Numbered from the stretch's first letter, positions 42,171-56,678 are shown. The stretch: DNA of 64,000 bases from Chrysomallon squamiferum (GCA_012295275.1 CM022672.1:26040001-26104000), one strand, 5' to 3'. Made by a program: numbers and translations. Notes: a model not told the origin generated them from the letters alone.

Positions 42171-45100
42171 TTCTTTTTATTTGTTTGTTTGTTTGTTTGT
42201 ATATTTGTTGCGTTATAAACATAAAAATTAAAACAGATTTTTTAATAATTAACACATAATATTTGTATTTTGTTATTTATTTTTCAGGCATTTTGGGACT
42301 ATTTATTTGACAGTTCCCGAAAATGGGGATTGGTATCATACGAACAGGTAAATATATAAATATATATGGAGCAATTTTCTCAAAATTTTAATTGCGGAAT
42401 GTTTTTTATATTGTGCTACCTAACAGCATTGTAATTGGTTTTGTACAGACAGAAATTCAAAAGGGGGTAGAAAACATACTTAAATTCTTCTTTATCCGCC
42501 CTTTGCATTCATTTCTCGTTCCAACCAATATTCCTGACTAAGTGTTAAGGGCATATAATAATTTTAATTAACAGAGTCAAACAAATATTTATTCAGTCTT
42601 TCATTATTTCTAGGACTGGTTAGACGTACAATTTGCAGGTCTCAATGCCACATTAACAGATATTCATCTAGGCAGAACCTGGCTCTTACAAATGGGTCGT
42701 GCTGCAAGGAAGAACGGTTTGACTATTCAGTACTGCATGTCTTTACCACGTCATGCCATGCAGGGTCTCGAGATTCCCGCCGTTACGCAGGTAAGTAAAC
42801 GTGTCAGTGATTGGTCGAAATGACGTTATGCCTCGTCCAATAGAAATCTGTGTTTTGAAGTAAATATATTAATTTAAAAAATAGATTATGTTGATGGAAA
42901 ATATAATAAAATATGTGACAAGAAAGCATTTTAACAACATCGCGTAATACTTAATGAAATGTGAACTGGATATAACTTACTCTAAAAGCTAATTCCAGAA
43001 ATATTGCTTTCGTAGGCGCGTGTAAGTCCTGACTACAGAGCAGGTGGTGAACAGTGGAGAATTGGCGTAATCTCGATGTTTGCTGAAGCAATGGGATTAG
43101 CGTCTTTTAAAGACACTTTCTGGACCACAAAGGACCAACCGGGAAACAAATACCGTAATTAATTTATATTTATTATATCAAATTTTCTTTTTGTGTGTGT
43201 GTGTGTGTGTTTCCAGTTTTAATTATATTATATTATATTATATTATATTATATTATATTATATTATATTATTTTAACCCAAGACCTGAAAGAGCCGAATT
43301 CAGAACTAGAAGTTACCGTAGCAACGCTCAGTACGGGTCCTGTTGGCCCTGGCGATATGATTGGTCGTACTAACGTTTCACTACTAATGACGTAAGTTCC
43401 GTTATTTAAATGTTTATATCATGGGTTAATAACGTGTAACAGACTGACAGATATATTTTTAATTTACTAATACGCTAACTTATCACTGACAAAACCAAGA
43501 GAAAAAAAAGGTTGGTTATTGTGTACCGTGGAAATGCCGATCTTAAGACAAATAAAAGATTTAAAATCAATGAAAGAAATGCCACTGAATTGTCAAAAAC
43601 TCGTCAGTAGATATGAGTATGTGAAATGAATGGCATAACCTATTTTCTTAAATCAGATGTTGCAATGCTGATGGAATGATTCTGAAACCTTCGAAGCCTG
43701 CTTTGGCTATTGATAGTCAAATAATTGAGGTAAGAAGTTTTCTAATATCGTCTTTTTCAATTGTTTTACAGCAGTATATGACAAAACAAAGAAAATTAAT
43801 TAAATTTATAAAAAGTTTGCTGTTGTTGAAAGTACCTACTTTAAACTCAAAAGTTCATCCAGGAGGGTACTGAAATTGCGCCCCTGTCCAAATATCTTTT
43901 TATTAATTTTTAAATTTGTTTTAATTCAGTTATACCTAGAGTATTTTAGTATCTTATAGAACGAACACTTATTAAAAAAAAAAAAAAAAAAAGACTTCGT
44001 GAAATTGAAAACGATTTGAGGAATTAATTTCCGAGGTAAATGTGTGATAAGGATGAAATTAAGAAGAAAAATAACTTAATCCAACCACCTTTCATTAAAT
44101 AAAAGTTTTATTCAAACATATGTTCAGGCTTTTTATAAGACTTTTGTTCAAGTAGATATCTAAGACGATGTATTATATACAGACATAAATATTTAGGTGA
44201 AGCAGAAACACTCACCAGAACATAAATTAAAGTATAATCTACCTAAGCCAGAGATAGCCAAACTATGTTAAATTTTTAATAAGAATATTAAATTTCATAG
44301 ATTACTATATTTTACTATATTACTATGTTATTACAAGCACTATATTTTTACACAAGATCTTTAACAATCTGGCCACCCTAGTGCTTCTCACACACGAGAA
44401 AAAGACAGAACGACAGATCATTTTTATTTCTTCAGAATCTGCTGAGTAGCGCGCCCCCTTCAGGTGGTAGTGCCCATTGCAACTGTCATACCTGCCACAC
44501 CCTAGATACGCCCCTGAGTTCAACAATGCTAAAGTCTTAAAACAGTAAAAGTGGAATGCTTTTAATTAACGCATTGAGCCTACATGTTTGTCTGATGATC
44601 TTGCTCACAGGAGTATATTAGAATTTCAGTAATCTATTTTAAAATGATTAACAATATTTAAATGGAACTAAATTACTATATATTAAAATAGATGAATTAA
44701 AGCATTATGTTTTGTGTTTCTTTAAAACTGATTAAGCAATTATTATTTGAATATTTTTATTATAGTACAGAACTCAAAAGTGTGATACTGCTTAAAATAA
44801 AAAACATGTCGATTTTTCTTAGACTAATAATATTTTAGAGCTGGTGAAACGCCTTTTTTGTTGTTGTTTTTTTTATTCTTTATTTAGGTCTGTTAAAATC
44901 AGTTCTCATTATAATATATATAATTATTATTTTGCTGTTTTTTTGGGGGTTTTTCTACACTTCTTTTTCTTTTCTGTTTATTAATAATATTATTTTGTTT
45001 GACACAAATTCTTTACAGTTCAAGTGGAAGTAAAATATTTTTTATTTAATTAATATGCATGTATTATTGTTGCCTTTAAGACTGCCTTCAAGGACGGTTC

Positions 45101-46260
45101 AGGACCTAAAGGAGAAGTGTACACAACTTACAGCAGGATAGGAAACTACGTGTTTGGTATTATTCTTGGTGTCGCGCTAGCAGACGATTACAATCTCACT
45201 CCTCTAAAAGCTGGCTTCAGTTTTGTAAGATATAATATTATCAGTTTTTTGTTGTTGTTGATAAACACATGGTCTATTTCTTAAATTCGTTTTTAGTGAA
45301 CAAGCCAGAAAAGAAGTTCTCTTTTTCCATATTCATCTTAGATACAACATCAATGATTAAACATAAGATCAAATTATTAAAATGGCAGCAACGTTGATTT
45401 GCTGAGCTTATTTTATATGGACAACCTTTATTAACTGAAAAGGGATTGCTTTGAGTGACCAAAAAATAAACTACATACTTGGTAAATTTCTCCTATTAAT
45501 CGATTTACTTTAATAATATTGTATTATTCACAATTTTTATTCAAAGTTTTGTTTTAGTTCCAACCAGATGTAGTTTTTGAAAGATCCAGAAGCCACGAAA
45601 CACAACTAATGAAGTTTGGTGATGATTTTCCTCTCAAGTTGACCTCGTCCTGTGCTAAAGATAACATCTGTCTTTACTACACCAGTCCACCTTTAATACT
45701 GAGGTATAACTTTAATAACGTGGCAGTAAATTATCTTATCTTTTCAATTTATTAATTTTTCTTTTGATTTTTTGTTACAGTACAGCACTGAAAAGAGAGA
45801 TAGTTCTTAAAATAAAAAAGCACGTATTAACATGTCAATTTTTGTTAGACTAATAATGTTTTAGAGCTGGTAAAACGCCATTTTTTTTTTTTTTTTTTTG
45901 CTTTTTTTTTTTTTTTTTTTCTAATTCTTTATTTAGGTCTGTTAAAGTCATTTCCCACTATAATATATATAATTATTATTTTGCTGTTGTTGTTTTTTCT
46001 ACATTTTTTGTTCCATCAGTTCGAGTGGAAGTAAAATATACATTTACGGAGAGGAAAATAAAGTGGTTCCAGTTTCACCACAAAGAGTAACATCTATATC
46101 TGTAGGAAGTGACGTGCAGGTGACAGTGAAGGGAGCCATCAACGAGGACGTCACTTTTGCCTTCATACAAAACAACAACTACTTCCCAGTGTCTTGTAAC
46201 CTTGGTGATTCGGGAACCGCTATTATTAGTTTTCCTAAACAAACTTGTCAAAAAATGTGA
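36410..46260 (+). CDS. GH-D-like secreted protein, copy 3 (intact)
   Basis: Exons 36410-36461, 38371-38533, 38821-38965, 39333-39487, 39821-40058, 40282-40387, 40723-40819, 41326-41421, 41693-41743, 41976-42060, 42288-42347, 42614-42790, 43016-43154, 43283-43391, 43657-43729, 45081-45224, 45558-45703, 46020-46260. Frame is intact. Signal peptide MSKTKFLVALPILILLGTGFG. Variant motifs AHNGWW and RVSPDY. Confidence 0.87.
37180..37729 (-). mobile_element. Degenerate FLYWCH-MULE (Mutator-like) transposase fragment in intron 1 of copy 3
   Basis: The - strand translates, across frameshifts and stops, as GGRNLYYNQHKFRKV../GEKIDWRCTTSQCTAYVVT..QHNH (FLYWCH-type finger), then PRFSAIKTILYRQRHKTLP*LPQTRQDISLEGE..GDPFL..LILIFTTDKNLELLCDADVVLPDGTF (start of the MULE catalytic domain, DGTF). 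It lies within a copy-3-specific insertion at ~36654-38050. Confidence 0.8.
43860..44516 (-). mobile_element. Probable truncated non-autonomous DNA-transposon remnant in intron 15 of copy 3
   Basis: Copy-3-specific sequence with a GC-rich terminus CAGGGGCGTATCTAGGG... on the - strand at 44516 and GCGCCCC motifs at ~43878 and ~44451. No matching second TIR or TSD was found. Confidence 0.4.
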
Positions 46261-46681
46261 CATGATAGTTTTTACAATACATACTAGTACATGAAACTGA
46301 TCAGAACGAAATAAATGTCTAGATACTATATTAAATAAAAACGAATATAACCTCTGAAATCTTATACAATATGAGCTAGTGTATACTCTAAAGTGTAAGA
46401 TATAAATGTACTTATTTTAGAATAATACTAATTAATGAAGAATAATAAATGTGGTATCAAAGCTCTGTTTTTGTTTGATGGTTTTATTATTTTGATGATT
46501 ATTATTATTCTACTCTTTGAATGTTGTTGGGGTTTTTTTTAGGGGTTTTAGCTTTTTCCCATTTTTCCTAATTTTTATTTATTTATATATTTATTTGTTA
46601 TTTCTTTTTATTTGTTTAGTTTTTATTTTATTTATCTCATTTTATTAGATTTTTCTGGGGGTTTTTTCTTCTGTTACGTAC

Positions 46682-46731
<50 letters not shown>

Positions 46732-47000
46732 TTGAGTATATGACTACTGAATGTTAGATATGAAATTACACATCAGAAAGTGACAAATAATTTGTAATTT
46801 ACTGCTCCAACCACTTTAACAAAATAAACCAATTGTCAGACCAAACTTATTAAGATGACTCGTTTCCTAATGAACTGACTACGTAACGCATTATCTACTA
46901 AGATCTAATGACAGATGTTTACGATTTTACCGTCCTATATTAAGGCTAGAGAAAAAAACTTGAAAAAAACAAAAAGAAAAAGGAGAAAAGAAAGAAGCAG

Positions 47001-47201
47001 CCCACTAATCTAGATGACACAGTGACACTACTAAAGGTTTTGATCTCATTTATCTCAACTTGGATAAGTCTTGCTCTGAACCCAGAAGAACTCACTTTTG
47101 CTTTCATACAGAACAACAACTACTTTCCAGTGTCTTGTAACCTTGGTGATTAGGGAACCGCCATTGTTAGTTTTCCTAAACAAACTTGTTATAGTATGTG
47201 A
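47001..47201 (+). pseudogene. Collapsed gene unit A (5' leader fused to 3' half of exon 18)
   Basis: Leader cccactaatctaga...gtcttgctctgaa is joined directly to (gaagaac)tcacttttgctttcatacagaacaacaac. Premature TAG at 47151-47153. A 3' UTR copy follows. Confidence 0.8.
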
Positions 47202-47658
47202 TATGAGAGTCTTTACAATATATACTAGTACATGAAGCTGATCAGTACTAAATAAAAGTCTACATACTATATTAAATAAAAACGAATATAACCTCTGAAA
47301 TCTTAAACAATATGACGTAGTATATTCTGTAAAGTGTAAGATTTAATTGTATTTATTTTGAAATTATAAAAATTAATGAAGAATACAAAAATCTGATATC
47401 AAAGCCCTGTTTTCGTTTATTGTTTTATTATTATTATTATTATTATACTGTTTGAGTATTGTTTTTGTTTTTTTTGTTTTTTGAGAGTTTAGCTTTTTTC
47501 AATTTTTTCTAATTTATATTTATTTATATATTTATTTGTTATTTCTTTTTGTTTGCTTTTATTTGTTTTAGTTTTATTTTATTTATTTCATTTTTTTAGA
47601 TTTTTCCATGTTTTCACTTGTTTCTTTCATGCTTTTTTTTTCTGTTACGTACACCCAG

Positions 47659-47694
<36 letters not shown>

Positions 47695-47957
47695 TGTTTT
47701 ATGGGGGTGTCTATGACTAGTGAATATTAGATATGAAACTGCACTTCAGAAAATGACAAATAATTTGTAATTTACTGCTCCAAACACTTTAACAAAATAA
47801 ACCAATTGTCAGACCAAACCTATTAACATGACTCGTTTCAAAATGAACTGACTCCATACCGCATTATCTACTAAGATCTAATGACTAAAGTTTACGATTA
47901 TATCGACCTACATTAAGGCTAGAAATTTTTTTTGAAAAAAAAAAAAAAAAAAAAACG

Positions 47958-48157
47958 CCCACTAATCTAGACGACACAGTGACACTACTAAAGGTTTTAA
48001 TCTCATTTATCTCAGCTTGGATAAGTCTTGCTCTGAACCCAGAAGAACTCACTTTTGCTTTCATACAGAACAACAACTACTTTCCAGTGTCTTGTAACCT
48101 TGGTGATTCGGGAACCGCAATTATTAGTTTTCCTAAACAAACTTGTCATAGTATGTG
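47958..48157 (+). pseudogene. Collapsed gene unit B (5' leader fused to 3' half of exon 18)
   Basis: Same junction as unit A (tctgaacccagaagaactcacttttg), about 955 bp downstream. Its 3' UTR copy is truncated at ~48272 by the orphan exon 17-18 block. Confidence 0.8.
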
Positions 48158-48272
48158 ACATGAGAGTCTTTACAATACATACTAGTACATGAAGCTGATC
48201 AGTACGAAATAAACGTCTACATACTACATTAAATAAAAACGAATATAACCTCTGAAATCTTAAACAGTATGA

Positions 48273-48824
48273 CAATTTTTATTCAAAGTTTTGGTTTTAG
48301 TTCCAACCAGATGTAGTTTTTGAAGGATCCAGAAGCCACGGAACACAACTAATGAAGTTTGGTGATGATTTTCCTCTCAAGTTGACCTCGTCCTGTGCTA
48401 GAGATAACATCTGTCTTTACTACACCAGTCCACCTTTAACACTGAGGTATAACTTTAATAACGTGGCAGTAAATTATCTTATCTTTTCAACTTGTTAATT
48501 TTTTCTTCTGATTACACAAAAATACATTATTATTATTTTATCTTTTTTTTTTTTTTTTTTTTTTCACACACTTTTTCTTTCAGTTCGAGTGGAAGTAAAA
48601 TATACATTTACGGAGAGGAAAATAAAGTGGTTCCAGTTTCACCACAAAGAGTAACATCTATATCTGTAGGAAGTGACGTGCAGGCGACAGTGAAGGGAGC
48701 CATCAACGAGGACGTCACTTTTGCCTTCATACAAAACAACAACTACTTCCCAGTGTCTTGTAACCTTGGTGATTCGGGAACCGCCATTATTAGTTTTCCC
48801 AAACAAACTTGTCATAATATGTGA
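48273..48824 (+). pseudogene. Orphan duplicate of exons 17-18 of the GH-like gene
   Basis: End of intron 16, exon 17 (48301-48446), short intron 17 and exon 18 (48584-48824, ending ...KQTCHNM*), with intact splice sites and frame. The intron and C-terminus are of copy-4 type. Confidence 0.85.
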
Positions 48825-49130
48825 TATGAGAGTCTTTACAATACATACTAGTACATGAAGCTGATCAGTACGAAATAAACGTCTACATACTATATTAAAT
48901 AAAAAAGAATATAACCTCTGAAATCTTAAACAGTATGACGTAGTATATACTGTATAGTGTAAGATTTAATTGTATTTATTTTGAAATTATAATAATGAAG
49001 AATAAAAAAAAATATGGTATCAAAGCTCTGTTTTAATTTATGGTTTTATTATTATTATTATATTCTTTCCGAGTGTGTTGGGTTTTTTTAGTTGTTTTTG
49101 GGGGGGGTTTTGTTTTTTTCTACTGATTCT

Positions 49131-49165
<35 letters not shown>

Positions 49166-49276
49166 TTATTTCTTTTTCTTTGCTTTTATTTGTTTCATTT
49201 ATTTTTAATTTATATATTTCATTTTATTAGGTTTTTCCATGTTTTCATTTTTTGTTTCGTGTTTTTTTTCTTCTGT

Positions 49277-49307
<31 letters not shown>

Positions 49308-49345
49308 TTTACATGAAGTTACTATATATATATATATATACATCC

Positions 49346-49386
<41 letters not shown>

Positions 49387-49690
49387 AAATCTATTTTGTT
49401 TTTCTGGTTTATTATATATTTGTTTTATGGGGGGGGCAATGACTCCTAAATGTTAGATATGAAATTAAACTTCAGAAAGTGAAAAATAAAATAATAATTT
49501 GTAATTTACTGGTCCAAACACTTTAACAAAATAAACCAACTGTCAGACCAAACTTATTAACATGACTCGTTTCATAATGAACTGACTTCATAATGTATTT
49601 TCTACTATTAATGTCTAACATTTGTAATTTTGCCGACCTATGTTAAGGGGAAAAAAAATATATAAATAAAAATATTAATAATAATAACAG

Positions 49691-49881
49691 CCCAGTAATC
49701 TAGATGACACAGTGACACTACTAAAGGTTTTAATTTCATTTATCTCAGCTTGGATAAGTCTTGCTCTGAATTCAGAGGACTCGACTTTTGCTTTCACACA
49801 GAACAACAACTACTTTCCAGTGTCTTGTAACCTTGGTGATTCGGGAGCCGCAGTTATTAGTTTTCCTAAATAAAAATGTGA
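49691..49881 (+). pseudogene. Collapsed gene unit C (5' leader fused to 3' half of exon 18)
   Basis: Junction tctgaattca|gaggactcgacttttg. More diverged than A and B, with TAA at 49871-49873. Confidence 0.75.
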
Positions 49882-50018
49882 TATGAGAGTTTTTTACAAT
49901 ACATATTAGTACATGTAACTGATCAGTACGAAATAAATGTCTACGTTCTATATTAAATAAAAACGAATATAACTTCTGAAATTTTACAATATTTGCTGTA
50001 AAGTGTAAGATTTAAATT

Positions 50019-50119
<101 letters not shown>

Positions 50120-50240
50120 TGAGGTTTTGTTGTTGTTGCTGTTGTTTGTTGTTAGGTTTTGGTTGGTGACGTGGGTTTTCTTTTTTTTTTTTTTAACTTT
50201 TTTCGAATTTTTATTTATTTATTTAATTTTATTATTTCAA

Positions 50241-50286
<46 letters not shown>

Positions 50287-50323
50287 TATTTATTTATTAT
50301 TTATTTATTTATTTTTATTTATT

Positions 50324-50357
<34 letters not shown>

Positions 50358-50875
50358 TTTGTTTGTTTTAGTTTTTAGTATATTTATTTCATTTTATTAT
50401 ATTTTCCATGTTTTCATTTTATTGTTTCGTGTTTTTTTTTTTTTTTTTTTTTTTTTTTTCTATAATATATATATTTTATATTTTTTTATTTTATTTATTT
50501 TGCTTGTGTTATCGTCATTATTATCTTTTGTTTGGTTGGTTTGTTTTGTGGAAGGGTCTTTGACTACTAAATGTTAGCTATGCAAATAAAATTATAATTT
50601 GTAATTTACTGGTCCAAAAACTCTGACAAAATAAATTATTATTAACACGACTCGTTTCATAATGAACTGACTACATAACGCAAATCACTGAAGTTTGCGA
50701 TTTTACCGACATTATATTAAGGCTAAAAAATAAAAAAAATAAAAAAGAAAAACGAAAAGAAAAGAAAAAACAGCCCACTAATCTAGATGCCACAGTGACA
50801 CAGTGACATTTATCTCAGCTTGGATCACTCTTGCTCTGAGTTTAGTTCTCATCTTGGCTGTGTTTACTGGTCTAG

Positions 50876-53800
50876 ATGTCTAACACAAAGTTTTTGTCAG
50901 CTCTACCTATACTCGTTTTATTGGGAAGTAAGATTTTACTCAATTATAATTCAATTTATTATTTCATTCATTTTTTTATATCTGATGAACATGAATTTAA
51001 ATGTATATGTACTGGTAGACGTTACGCCATCATAAAATCAGGTTAGAATTGAAAATTATACAAATGGAAAATTAGTTTACTTCTTTTGCTTATGTAAATA
51101 TAGTTAAATTGACAGGTTAAAAGATTATAATAATAATAATAATTTTAGTATTCAGTTTTCAATATAAGGTGCAGAATCTAGTATTTATACCTTACTTGTC
51201 TGATAAACCTAGCGGCATGCCTGTCACGTTTTTCATACACACCACTGTATAAAACCTACCTAATTGGTTTTTTTCCCCGATTTTATTTATTTATTTATTT
51301 ATTTATTTATTTTTTATTTATTTTCTATTTATTCATTGCCTACTTAGTATATTAAAAATAATTTCACAGCATTAGAAATATTCGGTTTAATTAACATTCG
51401 TTACGCTGACTGTTATCATTTCGCCAAATTGTTTGTTGATCCTGTATTTATGTACTTCATCAGAGCTGTATAAAGACAAGCACTTTATTTTAATTGATCT
51501 TAGCGGGTTTTGGTTACGACGGAAAAAACGCATTTGATATCAACATTTCAACAGACGGATCCTATGACATCCTCGTACACAAGGTCACGTGGTTACGAAG
51601 TGCTCCTACGTTCTTCACGGTGAATGGCAAGATTTACTCTCTTGGAGACAAATCACTAAAAATCAGGTAATTTTCAAATTAAATGTCGATAAATACTTGG
51701 AAGATTCACTAAGATATTCTCAAAAGGCAGGCACAGAGACAGAATGACAGACAATAGACAGTTAATAAACACAGACATACAAACAGAGAGATGGATATGA
51801 GACAGACAGGCAGATATCCTAATAAAACAGAAAATATACAATTAAATCTTCAGAAAATCAAAATAGTGAAAATAATATCTATTCCAAAAATGTAATTTAT
51901 TATTACTGATGTCGTTGTTGATGATGTTTGTTGTTGTTTCTGAAGACGAGTGGTGGCGAGTAGCGGGACAGACAAGTTAGGTCAGTGGCAGGATCTCTGT
52001 ACTTACTTCACAGCAGATCAAACAAACATCACAGGATGTATCAGAACATACCCAGTCAACCCACACTTACCTGTCGTAATCTTTAAACAGGTAACGTAGA
52101 CCAGTCTACATTCATCCTTACACTTTGTAATTAGTTACACCCACATTTAAATTAAATAATAAACATTATAAAGACTGAGTAATTTTCTAGATTATTTGTT
52201 TAGTAAATACACTGCCTTTGATTAATTAGTCATTAGGCTTTGAGATGAGCCACGTAAATATTAAGGAGGCCAGAATTCATGAATAACTGAGAAATCAACA
52301 GTATATTGTCACATAATAAAATCAGAGTCGTTTATTTTGTTTTCTTTTTCATACATTTTAGTTTTTTGACGACGGTGTGACTGGTGCCAGCTCAAAAATC
52401 CAAAAGAGTGTCGTGTCAGGTTTTCCCTCATTCAAAGAAACCAGTACGTCTGCTTCTCTCGGTTTCTTCTCATTTGGAGATGATATGTTTGGAGGAACGG
52501 GTTTAAAATATGGCAGGTGAAAATAGAAAGTATAGATTTTTATGATTTTTTTCTTACATTTTATTATTAGCAAAGATTAGACTTAATAATATGAATCAAA
52601 TGTAATGTTCGTAATATATTTAGGTGATTTTATTTTTTACATCATTATTTTTTAATAATCGGCATTAGGATATAATCGGAGCCACAGATTATTATAAAAA
52701 GTTGTCTGGTCATTGTTGTTGATTTATTTATTTGGGTAGTCAGACATAAAATAAAATCCTTTCATTAGTTTTGAGCAGGTTCCACATTTATCACTGATAA
52801 ACGTTTATTATTTAAAATACTTCTTTCATTTGGATTCTTCTTGTTCTTCCTCGCAGATGGCCGTCAGAAAACTCTAATATTAACAGTGGAATTGAAGGAG
52901 GACCTCTGGTTTTGTTTGACACCAGCGGCAACGTCATAATAACAGCTCCATTCTCCGAGTTCATGGCGGCCAGTCTGTATAGAGATGTCGACAGTTCCAA
53001 AGTGAGCTGGGGAATAATGGGCGGTGTGGATCAGATACCAAAAGGATATTTGTATCAGACGATTATTTTTTATGGCGGTTAAGGAATCAATAAGGTAATA
53101 ATTAAACAAACAAACAAACAAACAAAAAAGCACAATGAAATAATATATGATTTATATAAATATATATAAAAATAATTTGTATCTAACTCTGTTAATGGGA
53201 ATTTAGTAAGAAGAAAAAAAACATCTGATTATACAATAATTTTACTTATCCTTTATTAAAATATGTTAAATGGAAAAACGTTGTTAATAATATAATTTAT
53301 AAATTCATTGCCTATTGAAAAGATCGAAATTCAGTATTTCATCAACTTGTGGAACTTTATGGAAGTTTTATTATTGAGTTGAAATGTTTTTATATTTAGA
53401 TAAAATAAAGAGTTCAGTTTAACTTCAGACTCACTGAAGTAACTGAGTGTTATTTTCAGGCAATGTCAGACTGGGGAAATCTGATGAGAAAGTTTTATAA
53501 CAAAAATCAAGTCTACAGGGACTCAGATCTCACACTCGTTTATCTAGGATACTGGACGGATCAAGGTATACTAATATTCCGTCAAATACTTAAATATAAT
53601 TAGAAATATCTGTAGTAGCAGCAATAGAACTAAAGTAGTAACAGCTTTTTATAATAGATGTAACAGTTTCTAAAAGTAGTAACAGTTTTTAATAGTAGCA
53701 TCTGTAGCAGCAATAGTAGTAATAACTGTAGTTGTAGAATTAGTAACAGTAGACGTAATGCAGTTCTGGTCGGAGTGTTTATAATAATAGTTATTGTAAT

Positions 53801-55116
53801 AGCAACAAAATAGTACTAGTGTGAGTAATAATAATAACAGTAACCGTAGCGTAAACTGTAATGAGTATAACTGAGATGTATTATTGTTGACATATTTTTA
53901 CAGGCGCTTACTATTATTACAACACGGAACCCAACAAGACGTATGAAAGGACAATACTGGATATAAGAGATTATGCTAAAATATCAAAAATACCTTACAG
54001 GTAAAATAAAGTATTTACTCAGATTTTTTATTTTTTATTATTTTTTAATAATAAGATCACTGGGATTGGCATTATTGATATACGCTTTTCACCTCTTATC
54101 AGAAAACTCCGAAATGTTTTTATCAAACGACCGCGGTTGTGATACCTTAATGTTTTAATGATTATTACAATATACACTCATTCTCTTCATACCAAATTAA
54201 TACATACAGCTATCTGTTTCTATAAACTTAATCCCATCCTCAAACTTCTCATCACAAATAATTATAAGAAACAGAAAAGAATCAGACATTTATTGCTTAC
54301 AGCAAGAATTCAGATAATAGCTAGAGGGTATGAAAAGTAAACCTTTCTAATTCAGATATGTTCAGTATGACTCGTGGTGGTATTTCAAGGGACCTGAAGG
54401 AGGTGTAAAAACCTGGACACCAATGCCGGATCTGATTCCTGACGGTTTTCAGTGAGTTAATTGTTGTTTTAACATAAATATAACATTAATTTTCCATTAA
54501 GTAGTTCGCGCACGCACACACACACACGAACACATGTACACACACACACACACACAGACAGATATACACACATTCATACACACCACCAACAACAAAATAC
54601 TTCTTGTTTTTTTTTGTGTCTATAGGTACCGATAGTGCTGTTGCGGCAATAATTGTTATGGTAATCGTTATGGCAGTAGCAGAAATAGAAGTAGTAGACG
54701 TAGTAGTTGTAGGTGTTTTTGTTGTAATATTAGTAATAGCGGGTTGTTACTGAATGTCTCTGTATATATATTTCAGAAAAGTATATGATAAAACAGGCTG
54801 GCCCGTTCAGCACATAATCGATGGTGGTAAGTGATTTTTATCTGTTTGTTGATTTATAATAACTAAATAATAATAAGCATCATTTCAAAATATATCTATA
54901 TTTTCATATATGTAACTTATAATATTAAAAGAGTGAAAATAAAAGAAACTAGCTTTGTTGGATAAATGGGAGTTTTCTTTTTGTGAGGAAGGGATATTTT
55001 TTCTTTTTTGTGGGGCTGGTTTGAGTGGGTTTGTTTTTGGTATGTATACGTTTTCATTTTGTTATGATATTTGTTGCTGTTTCTTATTATTATTGTTGCT
55101 GCTGCTATGTTTGTTT

Positions 55117-55153
<37 letters not shown>

Positions 55154-55413
55154 TATAGGTCTCCACAAACGACGTATGCAAAGAAAAATGGCGGAATGTT
55201 TGATTTTATTGTAGAAAGAAAGAAAGCCATTCCAGTCGAAGAGGCTAGATTCTGAAATTATTATTATTATTATTTATTATTATTATTATTATTATTATTT
55301 TTTATTATTATTATTATTATTATCTTTTTTTACGAACTGTTTTTATTCCTTTTTATTCATGAAATATATATATAAAAAAATATATTTATTTCTATTTCTA
55401 TTTCAGTACATTA

Positions 55414-55446
<33 letters not shown>

Positions 55447-56635
55447 TAAAAATTACAATAACAGTTTGCTAATAGTTATCACATAATATTTGTATTTTGT
55501 TATTTATTTTTCAGGCATTTTGGGACTATTTATTTGATAGTTCCCGAAAATGGGGATTGGTAACATACGAACAGGTAAATAAACAAATATATGTTTTCAT
55601 GGTTAATTTTCCCAAATGCGGTAACAAAATATTCTATATATTATCCATCCCCAATAGCAAACGTTTTGAACAGACTGAAAGTCAAAAGTGGATAGAGCAC
55701 ATTCTCGATGCACGATTAACAGTGTCTTCTCGATCCGCCCTTTCTAATATTTCTGATTCCAAGCAGTATTCACGACTGGACTATTAAAGATCATTGATAT
55801 TATTTACTCCGTCATTCATTGGTTTTTTTTTTTTCTAGGATTGGTTAGACATAGAATTTGAGGGTCTCAATGCCACATTAACAGATATTCATCTAGGCAG
55901 AACCTGGCTCTTACAAATGGGCCGTGCTGCAAGGAAGAACGGTTTGACAATTCAGTACTGCATGTCTTTATCACGTCATGCCATGCAAAGTCTCGAGATT
56001 CCCGCCGTTACGCAGGTAAGTAAACGTGTCAGTGATTGGTCGATATTTATCATAGGTTGTCCAGTAGAATTAATTCTCATAGAATAATATATTAATTTAG
56101 TTTTACTTCCAGCCGAACTATTTACAAAAATCGATTATGGTGACGAGAATAATTCAGGGAATATAATAAACTATTTGATAAGAAGGCATTTTGACAATAT
56201 CGCGTAACAAGTAACGAAAAATAAGCTTTATATTATTTACTTTAAAAGTTAATATCAGAAATATTTCTTCCTGTAGGCACGTGTTAGTGATGACTACAGA
56301 GCAGGTGGTGAACAGTGGAGGATTGGCGTGACTTCGATGTTTGCTGAAGCAATGGGAATAGCTCCTTTTAAAGACACTTTCTGGACCACAAAGGACCAAC
56401 CTGGAAACAAATACCGTAATAAACTTATACTTATTTATATAAAAACATTTTTATTATATTTTTTTTTTTTTTTGTGCGTGTGTTTGTGTTTCCAATTTTT
56501 AATTATATTATGTTATTTTATATTATATTTTTATATGTTTATTATTTTTTTTTTTTAAATGTTTAATTTTATAATTTAATTACAATTTATTTTTCTTTGT
56601 CTCTTTTATTTCGTGAGTATTTTTTAAAATAGTAC

Positions 56636-56678
<43 letters not shown>

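Noticed and set aside
53080-53082. Stop readthrough or selenocysteine rescue of copy 4
   Set aside because: The codon is TAA, not TGA, and an independent downstream frameshift exists.
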